Positions 39,493 to 47,608 of a stretch of DNA of 50,940 nucleotides are shown here, in pieces (within the stretch, counting starts at the first letter, position 1; each line of letters starts with the position of its first letter). This stretch comes from an uncultured Chitinophagales bacterium (GTDB lineage Bacteria; Bacteroidota; Bacteroidia; Chitinophagales; BACL12), in the NCBI GenBank assembly GCA_964638865.1, contig CAZXBG010000006.1, forward strand, positions 1 to 50,940, in the 5' to 3' direction. The position numbers were made by a program, and so were the translations under genes. The notes under the pieces are model-generated. The model was not told the origin of the DNA. It saw only the letters and a program-made list of their open reading frames with translations, and did not search any database.

Positions 39493-39528
39493 CTGCGACT
39501 GCAACTGCGACTGTGAGTGCGACTGCAA
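39493..39528 (-). repeat. CAGTCR hexamer array (inverted), upstream flank of the four-helix-bundle cassette
   Basis: ctgcga-ctgcaa-ctgcga-ctgtga-gtgcga-ctgcaa. Positions 39504-39524 match the reverse complement of 38954-38974 at 19/21. Confidence 0.8.
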
Positions 39529-39538
39529 CCACCCACTA

Positions 39539-39886
39539 CTAACCCCTTCCCCCCAACTCCTCCCAAAATTCCGCCCCCCTTCGTGTATGAGGTATCACGA
39601 TGGTTCCGCCAACTATATTTGCAACAGCAAAAATCTCGTAAATCTCCTCCGTAGTTACACCTAATTCATGGCATTTTCCAAGATGATATTTTATACAATC
39701 ATCACATCTTAACACCATACTTGCCACTAGTCCCAACATTTCTTTCGTTTTTATGGAAAGGGCACCTTCGGCGTAGGTATTGGTATCTAGATTAAAAAGG
39801 CGGTTTATCACTTTATTTTGTTTGCCGAGGATTACATCGTTCATTTTGGAACGGTAGGCGTTAAATTCGTTTACAAGTTCGCTCAT
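39539..39886 (-). CDS. Carboxymuconolactone decarboxylase/AhpD-like protein
   Basis: GALSIKTKEMLGLVASMVLRCDDCIKYH (CxxC...H). Confidence 0.88.
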   Translation of the reverse strand: MSELVNEFNAYRSKMNDVILGKQNKVINRLFNLDTNTYAEGALSIKTKEMLGLVASMVLRCDDCIKYHLGKCHELGVTTEEIYEIFAVANIVGGTIVIPHTRRGAEFWEELGGRG

Positions 39887-40018
39887 AACAGTATTTTGGT
39901 CAAATTTCGGGTTTGCGGGAGGAAGAACAAAATTGATTTAAAATAATTTGGACAAAACTGCGTCATATCCAATGTTTTAACAATTCATTCTATCTTTACA
40001 GATTCTAAAAACTAAAAT

Positions 40019-40654
40019 ATGGCAACTACAACACCAGCATCAACTACAACTAAATCGAATCCGCGCATGGGGCGTTGGATAGGCATCGGCGTTCTTGTTT
40101 TAATTATTTTCTACGTTGCAGGCGCATACAACAAAATGGTTAAGGCCGATGAGGTCGTTAATCAGAAATGGGGAGATGTAGAATCTACCTACAAACGCCG
40201 CATGGACCTTATCGACAATTTGGTAAATACGGTTAAAGGAGCTGCTGATTTTGAAAAAAGTACTTTTACAGAAGTTACTGAAGCCAGAGCTAAAGCAACA
40301 AGCATCAATATTGACCCTTCCACAGCAACGCCTGAACAATTGGCAGCTTTTAATCAGGCACAAGGAGCAGTGAGCTCCTCTTTAAGCCGTTTATTACTTG
40401 TAGTGGAAAATTATCCGACATTAACAGCAACACAAAATTTTAAGGAATTGCAATCTCAGTTGGAAGGAACCGAAAATCGTATCAACGTTGCTCGTATAGA
40501 CTACAATGCTGCCGTAAAGGATTTTAACACCAGAGTAAGATCATTCCCGGGTAATTTGATAGCAGGCATATTCGGCATGGAAAAACGCAACACTTTTGAT
40601 GCTCCGGAAGAAGCAGAAACAGCTCCAAAAGTTGATTTCAGCGATAACAAATAA
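40019..40654 (+). CDS. lemA: LemA family protein
   Basis: Single N-terminal TM; YKRRMDLIDNLV, ENYPTL, LEGTENRINVAR and FPGNLIAG. Confidence 0.95.
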   Translation: MATTTPASTTTKSNPRMGRWIGIGVLVLIIFYVAGAYNKMVKADEVVNQKWGDVESTYKRRMDLIDNLVNTVKGAADFEKSTFTEVTEARAKATSINIDPSTATPEQLAAFNQAQGAVSSSLSRLLLVVENYPTLTATQNFKELQSQLEGTENRINVARIDYNAAVKDFNTRVRSFPGNLIAGIFGMEKRNTFDAPEEAETAPKVDFSDNK

Positions 40655-40657
40655 ATA

Positions 40658-41101
40658 ATGCCGAACGCAAAATTATTTTTCTCGGAAGAAGATAAATCGA
40701 AGATCATGGAGGCAATTGCGAAAGCAGAAGTTGCAACTTCGGGTGAAATTCGTGTGCATTTAGAAGAAAAATGTGGGGAAGATGTAATTAAACGCGCCAC
40801 ACAAGTTTTCGCTAAATTAAGTATGCACAAAACAGAATTGAAAAATGGTGTTTTGATATACCTTGCCGTGAAAGATAAAAAATTTGCAATTATTGGCGAT
40901 GAAGGAATAAATAATAGTGTCCCGGAAAATTTCTGGGACACTATTAAAAATAATATGCAAACCGCATTTTCCGAAAGCAGGTTTGCAGATGGAATTATCG
41001 GGGCAATTCATGAAAGCGGAGAGCAACTTCAACATTTTTTTCCTTTCCATAATGCCGACGTTAATGAAGTAAGTGATGAAATATCTTTCAAAGATGATTA
41101 A
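40658..41101 (+). CDS. TPM domain protein (short form)
   Basis: AEVATSGEIRVH, NGVLIYLA...FAIIGDEGI and NEVSDEIS; lemA operon context. Confidence 0.9.
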   Translation: MPNAKLFFSEEDKSKIMEAIAKAEVATSGEIRVHLEEKCGEDVIKRATQVFAKLSMHKTELKNGVLIYLAVKDKKFAIIGDEGINNSVPENFWDTIKNNMQTAFSESRFADGIIGAIHESGEQLQHFFPFHNADVNEVSDEISFKDD

Positions 41102-41864
41102 ACACAGATCTGCAGGTATTTTTATTATCGGAATTTTATCGCTGATAAACATTTCCTTATTCGCACAAAATGATGATCAACTCCCCAACAGGCCAGTACC
41201 ACCGCATTTGGTGAACGACCTTGCGGATATTATTCCAGCAGGCGAAGAGGCAAACCTTGAAAATAAACTTACTACTTACAACGATTCTACTTCAACACAA
41301 ATTGCCGTAATTATTGTAAAAACAATTGATGGATTTGAAATTTCTGACTATGCATATAAAATAGGCAGAAAATGGGGAGTGGGACAAAAAGACCTCAACA
41401 ACGGTATCGTTTTATTAGTTGCTGTTGATGATAGAAAAATGTTTATCGCGACAGGATATGGAACAGAATCTTATATTACCGATGCACGTGCAAGCAGAAT
41501 TTATCGCGAAATATTAACGCCTGCATTTCAGCAAAATAATTATTATGGTGGTATAGATGCGGCAACTACCGAAATGATAAAATATTTATCCGGAGCATAC
41601 GATGGAGAAGCAATGGGAAATCCTGAAGACAAACCGAATATTTTTGGTGTAATTATTTTAATTTTTGTCATTTTATTTATACTCTCCAAATTTTTCCGCG
41701 GTGGAAATGGCGGAACAACTTTCAGTGGTCGTGGCCCAACGTATTGGGGTGGAGGAGGGTTTGGCGGAGGTGGTTTTGGAGGCAGCGGCGGCGGCGGTGG
41801 AGGTGGCTTCGGCGGATTTGGTGGCGGCGGATTTGGTGGGGGAGGTGCAGGAGGGAGTTGGTAG
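41094..41864 (+). CDS. TPM domain membrane protein with a Gly-rich tail (YgcG-like)
   Basis: VNDLADII, WGVGQKDLNNGIVLLVA, IATGYG, a TM segment and the GGGGFGGG...GAGGSW tail. Confidence 0.92.
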   Translation: MIKHRSAGIFIIGILSLINISLFAQNDDQLPNRPVPPHLVNDLADIIPAGEEANLENKLTTYNDSTSTQIAVIIVKTIDGFEISDYAYKIGRKWGVGQKDLNNGIVLLVAVDDRKMFIATGYGTESYITDARASRIYREILTPAFQQNNYYGGIDAATTEMIKYLSGAYDGEAMGNPEDKPNIFGVIILIFVILFILSKFFRGGNGGTTFSGRGPTYWGGGGFGGGGFGGSGGGGGGGFGGFGGGGFGGGGAGGSW

Positions 41865-41875
41865 GAGGTAGTTGG

Positions 41876-41904
41876 CGGTCGCAGTCACAGTTGGCAGTCG
41901 CAGA
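41876..41904 (+). repeat. CAGTCR hexamer array directly after the stop codon
   Basis: cggtcg-cagtca-cagttg-g-cagtcg-caga, 11 nt after TAG 41864. Confidence 0.7.
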
Positions 41905-41910
41905 GATTCA

Positions 41911-41976
41911 ATTTTTAATTGGTTTTTTTGTAGCCGTACAAAATTTTGTGCAGCTACAAAAAAACCAATTAAAAAT
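41911..41976. repeat. 66-bp near-perfect palindrome with a 28-nt GTAG...CTAC REP-like core; likely bidirectional terminator
   Basis: 24-bp perfect arms at 41911-41934 and 41953-41976; core GTAGCCGTACAAAATTTTGTGCAGCTAC; lies between convergent genes. Confidence 0.85.
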
Positions 41977-42000
41977 CAACGATAATATTACTGTATGAAT

Positions 42001-42363
42001 TTATCCCCTCATTTCTAAATCCTCTAACTCCAAAGCAGGATCCCAAAAAAATTTTTTAAAATCCACCACCTGATCATTTTTTATTTTTATTTTTTCTTTT
42101 TCCAACATTAATTGCATTTTTTCAGGAGGAACAAAATGCAATTTTCCGGTGAGCAATCCATTTCTATTTACAACCCGATGTGCAGGAACTTTAGGTTTTG
42201 CATGATGACAAGCATTCATTGCCCAGCCAACCATACGGGCACTTAATCCTGTGCCGAGATATTTGGCAATAGCCCCGTAACTGGTTACTCTTCCTTTTGG
42301 CACCAATCGCACAACCTGCCAAACCAAATCGAAAAAATTTTCTTTATTAGAATATTCCACCAT
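42001..42363 (-). CDS. Alkyltransferase-like (ATL, MGMT family) DNA-binding protein
   Basis: VPKGRVTSYGAIA, ARMVGWAM and PAHRVV (Ala in place of the acceptor Cys). A -7 element TATTTTTG lies at 42377-42384. Confidence 0.9.
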   Translation of the reverse strand: MVEYSNKENFFDLVWQVVRLVPKGRVTSYGAIAKYLGTGLSARMVGWAMNACHHAKPKVPAHRVVNRNGLLTGKLHFVPPEKMQLMLEKEKIKIKNDQVVDFKKFFWDPALELEDLEMRG

Positions 42364-42428
42364 AAAATTTGTTTATCAAAAATAGGTTTTGCTCCTTTGT
42401 TATTCAAATCAAATAATTACCAATCTGT

Positions 42429-42992
42429 ATGTCCTTAATAATACCCTTTAAAGCCGGATCCATCACAAATCTTACCGATGCACGTTTTTTTGCTGCTTAC
42501 GAAGTGGATTATATCGGATTTTGTTTCGATCCGCAATCACCTAATTATATATCACCGCAAAATGCCCTCGCAATAAAAGGCTGGATACACGGACCTAAAA
42601 TTGTCGCAGAATTCGCAAATCAAGATTTGGACAATGTCCTAAATATCATCAATTTTTTCGAACCCGATGTTTTGGAAATTGGTGATGAATATTTTGAAGG
42701 AAATAATTTATTAATTAAAACTGATCTGCCAATTATTTTTAAAACATCCGTTGGAAGATTAACATCTATTTCGGAAGTGAATATCTTATTTATTTTGACA
42801 GCACATAATAATTCATTTGATTTGCCAAAGTATCCATTTCCTATAATGTTAGCTATTACTAATGAGGAATTTGATATCACTACATTTATGTATGATGCAA
42901 TTCAAATTAAAGGTGCTGCAGAAACGGAAGTTGGAGTGAGGGATTATGATACATTAGGGGAATTGATGGAGAGGTTGTTAAAAATTGAGTAA
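42429..42992 (+). CDS. Divergent phosphoribosylanthranilate isomerase (TrpF)-like protein
   Basis: KAGSITNLTDARF...DYIGFCFDPQSPNYIS resembles the TrpF N-terminus but lacks the KICG Cys. Confidence 0.65.
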   Translation: MSLIIPFKAGSITNLTDARFFAAYEVDYIGFCFDPQSPNYISPQNALAIKGWIHGPKIVAEFANQDLDNVLNIINFFEPDVLEIGDEYFEGNNLLIKTDLPIIFKTSVGRLTSISEVNILFILTAHNNSFDLPKYPFPIMLAITNEEFDITTFMYDAIQIKGAAETEVGVRDYDTLGELMERLLKIE

Positions 42993-43050
42993 TTTATTTG
43001 TAGAGACGCAATGCATTACGTCTCTACAAATAAATTACTCAATTTTTAAC
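42977..43050. repeat. 74-bp near-perfect palindrome with a 28-nt GTAG...CTAC REP-like core
   Basis: 32-bp perfect arms at 42977-43008 and 43019-43050; core GTAGAGACGCAATGCATTACGTCTCTAC; the left arm overlaps the last 16 nt of the upstream CDS. Confidence 0.9.
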
Positions 43051-43100
43051 TTAGAACGCATTTGGTGAGCGATGAGTAAGCTCCAACTGTGAAACTATCC

Positions 43101-43251
43101 CAGAACTCAGAACCAGTCTCAGTCGCAGTGGGCAGTTCGACAAAGTGGAGCTATTTCCTACGTAATAAACTCCTTCAACCCCTTTCAACCCTTTAAAAAA
43201 AGTCGCAGTCACAGTAACAGTGGGCAGAGGTCAGAACTCGGAACTCAGAAC
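43101..43251 (+). repeat. Mosaic of short tandem arrays (CAGTCR hexamers, TCAGAAC heptamers, CCTTTCAACC-like units)
   Basis: cagaactcagaaccagtctcagtcgcagtgggcagt (43101-43136); agtcgcagtcacagtaacagt (43201-43221); tcagaac-tcggaac-tcagaac (43231-43251) abutting the trmB stop. Confidence 0.75.
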
Positions 43252-43937
43252 TAACAAACCTCAAACGCCACATACTTAATCGCCTTCTTCTCTGCTAAAT
43301 GCAATCCTTCATAATACGTTTTAATTTCTAAAAAAGGATGTGGCAATGGTTTTGAATAAATATCGTTGCTGGAATAAATTAATTTTAATTTCAGCTGGTC
43401 AATCGTATCTAATGTAAATTGATATAAAGTAGGATCATCGGTTTTTAAATGAATTATTCCACCGAGTTTTAATATTTTTTTATAATAATTAATAAACCGT
43501 TCGCTCGTCAATCTCTTTTGATCCTTTCCTTTTTTTAAATGCGGATCTGGAAATGTGATCCAAATCTCGCTTACTTCCTCTTTTTCAAAAAATGTAGAAA
43601 TGATATTAATGTCTGTTCTTAAAAAGAATGCATTTGTAATTTTCTCTTCCAATGCTCTCTTCGCACCGCGGTGCATTCTGTTACCTTTTACATCTACTCC
43701 AATATAATTTTTCGATTTATCGGCAATTGCCATCTCACAGGTATATTCTCCTTTTCCACAGGCAAGTTCTAAAACGAGTGGATTGTTATTTTTAAAAATT
43801 AGAGAATTCCATTTACCTCTTGGATCTACTAGTTGTTTTTCGTGATCAAGAAGAACAGCGTCGAGAAAATCATTGTTTTGTAACACATTTTCAAAAGTAT
43901 CCAATTCGGCAAAACGCTTTAATTTGCTTTTTCGCAT
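43251..43937 (-). CDS. trmB: tRNA (guanine-N7)-methyltransferase
   Basis: LELACGKGEY, IGVDVKGNRM, ITFPDP, RLT, HLKTD and KTYYE. ATG 43937 (MRKSKLKRF) is the likely start. Confidence 0.95.
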   Translation of the reverse strand: MRKSKLKRFAELDTFENVLQNNDFLDAVLLDHEKQLVDPRGKWNSLIFKNNNPLVLELACGKGEYTCEMAIADKSKNYIGVDVKGNRMHRGAKRALEEKITNAFFLRTDINIISTFFEKEEVSEIWITFPDPHLKKGKDQKRLTSERFINYYKKILKLGGIIHLKTDDPTLYQFTLDTIDQLKLKLIYSSNDIYSKPLPHPFLEIKTYYEGLHLAEKKAIKYVAFEVC

Positions 43938-44065
43938 GTTGCAAAAATAATTATTAAATATGCTGCGAAACAAACATGTAGAATTAGGATTGGGAACGAC
44001 ACCTTTTTTTTTAAGTCTCGCCGATTTGAAAACTTCCCCATTAATCTATACATTTAAGCCCACAT

Positions 44066-45736
44066 ATGAACCAATTATTCAGAAAAAAGTCCATCTCCTC
44101 GGTTCTGCAAAACCTGGATGTTGCCGACGATATTAACAAGAGTTCCGGATTACACCGCACCTTATCTGTCCGCGACCTTACCTTTTTCGGAATTGCAGCC
44201 ATAATTGGTGCCGGAAGTTTCAGCAGCATGGGATCAGCCTGCGCAAGTGGTGGTCCTGCAGTTATCATCCTTTTTGTGATTTGTGGAATAGCCTGTGGAT
44301 TCACCGCTATGTGTTATGCAGAGTTTGCTTCCCGTATACCCGTTGCCGGTTCTGCTTATACCTATGCCTATACTTCTTTTGGCGAGATCGTAGCCTGGAT
44401 AATTGGATGGGCGCTCTTGATGGAATATTCCATTGGCAATATATATGTAGCTTTTGCCTGGAGCGATTATTTTGAAAATTTGTTGAATGTGATCGGTATT
44501 GATATACCGGCCTGGCTTACTTCTAACTACAGAAGTGCACATGCCGAATTGGGTGCAGCGTGGAATACAAGTCCTATAATTGGCGGTTTGCATATCATAT
44601 TCGACCTTCCGGCATTAATGATCAATATTTTAATAACATGGTTAGTTTATGTTGGTGTTCGCGAAAGCAGAAATATTACAAATATTATGGTGGTAATAAA
44701 ATTATCTATCATCGTATTAATTATTCTGGTCGGAATATTTTATTTGGATATTGATAATTGGACTCCAATAAATGATGCCGGCGTAAAAAGTTTTATGCCC
44801 GAAGGATTTAAAGGCGTGATGGCCGGAGTAGCTGCCGTGTTTTTTGCTTATATAGGATTTGATGCCGTGAGTACCATGGCAGAAGAAAGTAAAAATCCGC
44901 AACGCGATCTGCCGAGAGGAATGATTTATTCTTTAGTGATTTGTACTTCTATATATATAGTATTGGCATTGGTGCTTACAGGTATGGCATATTATAAAGA
45001 CCTTGCAGTTGGCGACCCACTTGCAGAAGTATTCAGGCTTAACGATGTTGGTTGGATGGAAACACTGATCTCCGTTTGTGCAGTAGCAGCCATGACGAGC
45101 GTAATTCTTGTTTTTCAAATGGGCCAACCACGCATCTGGATGAGCATGAGCCGCGATGGATTATTGCCAAAAAAATTCGAAAAAATTCATCCCAAATATA
45201 AAACACCATCTTTTGCAACTATCGTTACAGGTTTAGTGGTAGGAATTCCAATTTTATTTACCGATGAAACTTTTGTGCTCGATTTTACCAGTATTGCAAC
45301 CTTATTTGCATTCGTATTGGTGTGCGGTGGAATTTTATTAATTCCGAGAAGGGAAAAAGAAAAAGGAAGATTTCACATGCCATATTTTAATTCAAAACTT
45401 GTATATCCCGCAATCATTTTCGGGGCAATCGTAATTCTTGTCATAGCGGCAAAAAATTATTTCCCCGATCTTTTTAATATAAAATTGGGAGCAGATGATA
45501 TCACTTACAAAATAAGCACTTTAATTTTCTGGGCAATTTGTATAGTGTTATCCATTTTTGCATTTGTAAAAAACTGGTCATTAATTCCATTGCTGGGTGT
45601 AACATCCTGTTTGTATTTGTTAACAGGTATGACAGCCAAAAACTGGCTCTGGTTTTTCATTTGGTTCGGCTTGGGTTTGGTGGTTTATTTTCTATACAGT
45701 AGAAAAAACAGTAAACTCAACACACAAAAGGCATGA
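44066..45736 (+). CDS. APC-superfamily amino acid permease (cationic amino acid transporter-like)
   Basis: LFRKKSI, GIAAIIGAG, CYAEFASRIPVAGSAYTY, FFAYIGFDAVST and MSRDGLLP. Confidence 0.93.
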   Translation: MNQLFRKKSISSVLQNLDVADDINKSSGLHRTLSVRDLTFFGIAAIIGAGSFSSMGSACASGGPAVIILFVICGIACGFTAMCYAEFASRIPVAGSAYTYAYTSFGEIVAWIIGWALLMEYSIGNIYVAFAWSDYFENLLNVIGIDIPAWLTSNYRSAHAELGAAWNTSPIIGGLHIIFDLPALMINILITWLVYVGVRESRNITNIMVVIKLSIIVLIILVGIFYLDIDNWTPINDAGVKSFMPEGFKGVMAGVAAVFFAYIGFDAVSTMAEESKNPQRDLPRGMIYSLVICTSIYIVLALVLTGMAYYKDLAVGDPLAEVFRLNDVGWMETLISVCAVAAMTSVILVFQMGQPRIWMSMSRDGLLPKKFEKIHPKYKTPSFATIVTGLVVGIPILFTDETFVLDFTSIATLFAFVLVCGGILLIPRREKEKGRFHMPYFNSKLVYPAIIFGAIVILVIAAKNYFPDLFNIKLGADDITYKISTLIFWAICIVLSIFAFVKNWSLIPLLGVTSCLYLLTGMTAKNWLWFFIWFGLGLVVYFLYSRKNSKLNTQKA

Positions 45737-45828
45737 TTTTAGGTTGCCGGTAACATAGGATTATAGCAGTAAAGCTTTTCCCTTTCAAAAACATTTTTAT
45801 CTTTAGCCACCAATAAAACAGGATACTT

Positions 45829-47565
45829 ATGAGTCAACCCAGATCACCATTACATCCAAAAGGGCTTTATGTGCTCTTTTTCACCGAAATGTGGGAGCGT
45901 TTCGGATTTTATTTAATGATTGGAATTTTTGCCTTGTACATGAAAGATGCATGGGAAAACGGTGGCATGGGCTTTATAGATGCAAAAAAATCTGATGTTT
46001 ATGGTACTTATATAGGATTAGTTTATTTAACGCCATTTATCGGTGGATTGCTGGCCGATAGAATATTAGGATACAGAAAGGCAATATTTATCGGGGGCGC
46101 ATTGATGGCCATTGGGTATTTCGGATTGAGTATACATAACGAGACCGCATTTTACATTTCTCTTCTTTTCATCATTTTAGGCAATGGTTTCTTTAAACCA
46201 AATATTTCAACTATGGTGGGAAATTTATATAATGATGAAAAATATAAGGCAAACAAAGACAGTGGGTATAATATTTTTTACATGGGAATTAATATCGGAG
46301 CCTTTGTCTGCAATTTTGTAGCAGCCTATTTGAGAATTGAATACGGATGGAGTTGGGCATTTGCTGCTGCTGGATTTGGAATGATTATTTGTCTTATTAT
46401 TTTTTATGCTGGAACCAAACATATAAAGTCAGCAGATGTTTTAAAACCTTCTCAGCCCGGCGACATGAGCGTAGGGAAAATATTTGCTGTGGTATTATTA
46501 CCTATGATCCTTTTTGGTGTGATCGGATATTTTTTAAAGGGGGTAACGGGACCAGGTAATGAAGAAGGAAATATTTTTGGAACAGATACAAATGATGCAT
46601 TTTTATTCGGATGTATTCCGGTTATCACTTTTTTTGTAATGCTTATGTTGCGGGCAAATAAAGAGGATAAGCGGCCAATAGCAGCATTATTGTCCGTATA
46701 TGCCTGTCTCGTAATTTTCTGGGCTGTTTTTCATCAAAATGGAGATGCGCTTACAACCTGGGCAGAAAAATATTCAAATAGAAAAGTACCTACGGCTTTA
46801 GAAGGAACGGCAACTACGCTTAAACTTGCACAAACATTTACCTACGATAAAACAATAGACCTCCCCGAAGCGCAATTTAAATTATATACTGATAGTTTAA
46901 GAGCAGAAAGGCAAAAATTTACTGATTCCGGAAATAAAGATGCGGAAAAAGAAATGAATGATCTGATTTCCAACAGAGAAAAAACACGCGAATATTTTCA
47001 AACTTTACCTGCAGAAAAAAGACCTCCTAAAGGTGGAGATTATCTTGCCTATTCCGCAAATATTTATCAATCGGTAAATCCATTTTGGGTAATCTTGTTA
47101 ACTCCGGTTGTTGTTGGAATATTCGGATTTTTAAAACGAAGAGGTAAAGAACCAACCACACCGACAAAAATTGCGATCGGACTTTTAATTACAGGTTTAT
47201 CAGCATGGGTAATGGTTGCAGCAGTAAATGCTACTGACCTCGAATCAGATAAAGCGAGTATTTATTGGTTGTACGGAACATATTGTGTAATTACTTTTGG
47301 TGAATTGTGCCTATCTCCAATGGGATTATCTCTCGTAAGCAAATTAGCGCCTCAGCGCTTAACTGCACTTATGATGGGTGGATTTTTTCTTTCCACTTCC
47401 GTTGGAAATAAACTTGCGGGTATTTTATCCAGCAATTTTGAAAAAATTGATAATAAAGCTGATTTTTTTATGACTAACGTATTACTGGCTGTTGCTGCAG
47501 CTACAATGATGTTTATTTTATTACGCTTTTTAAACAGAGTAATGAAAGAAAAAAATGTTGATTGA
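45829..47565 (+). CDS. POT/PTR-family proton-coupled oligopeptide transporter 1
   Basis: EMWERFGFY, GGLLADRILG, GNGFFKPNIST, FYMGINIG, QSVNP and GELCLSP. Confidence 0.95.
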   Translation: MSQPRSPLHPKGLYVLFFTEMWERFGFYLMIGIFALYMKDAWENGGMGFIDAKKSDVYGTYIGLVYLTPFIGGLLADRILGYRKAIFIGGALMAIGYFGLSIHNETAFYISLLFIILGNGFFKPNISTMVGNLYNDEKYKANKDSGYNIFYMGINIGAFVCNFVAAYLRIEYGWSWAFAAAGFGMIICLIIFYAGTKHIKSADVLKPSQPGDMSVGKIFAVVLLPMILFGVIGYFLKGVTGPGNEEGNIFGTDTNDAFLFGCIPVITFFVMLMLRANKEDKRPIAALLSVYACLVIFWAVFHQNGDALTTWAEKYSNRKVPTALEGTATTLKLAQTFTYDKTIDLPEAQFKLYTDSLRAERQKFTDSGNKDAEKEMNDLISNREKTREYFQTLPAEKRPPKGGDYLAYSANIYQSVNPFWVILLTPVVVGIFGFLKRRGKEPTTPTKIAIGLLITGLSAWVMVAAVNATDLESDKASIYWLYGTYCVITFGELCLSPMGLSLVSKLAPQRLTALMMGGFFLSTSVGNKLAGILSSNFEKIDNKADFFMTNVLLAVAAATMMFILLRFLNRVMKEKNVD

Positions 47566-47608
47566 TCGTATTTACAATAAATGAAATTTAAACCTTTAAA
47601 TATAAAAT

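Noticed and set aside
38954-39528. Diversity-generating retroelement (Avd-like gene)
   Set aside because: No reverse transcriptase and no template/variable repeat pair are visible in the window.
41745-41861. G-rich tandem repeat or G-quadruplex element
   Set aside because: Fully explained by the Gly-rich coding tail typical of this TPM protein family.
43101-43251. CRISPR array
   Set aside because: The units are 6-10 nt tandem repeats without unique spacers, and no cas genes are present.
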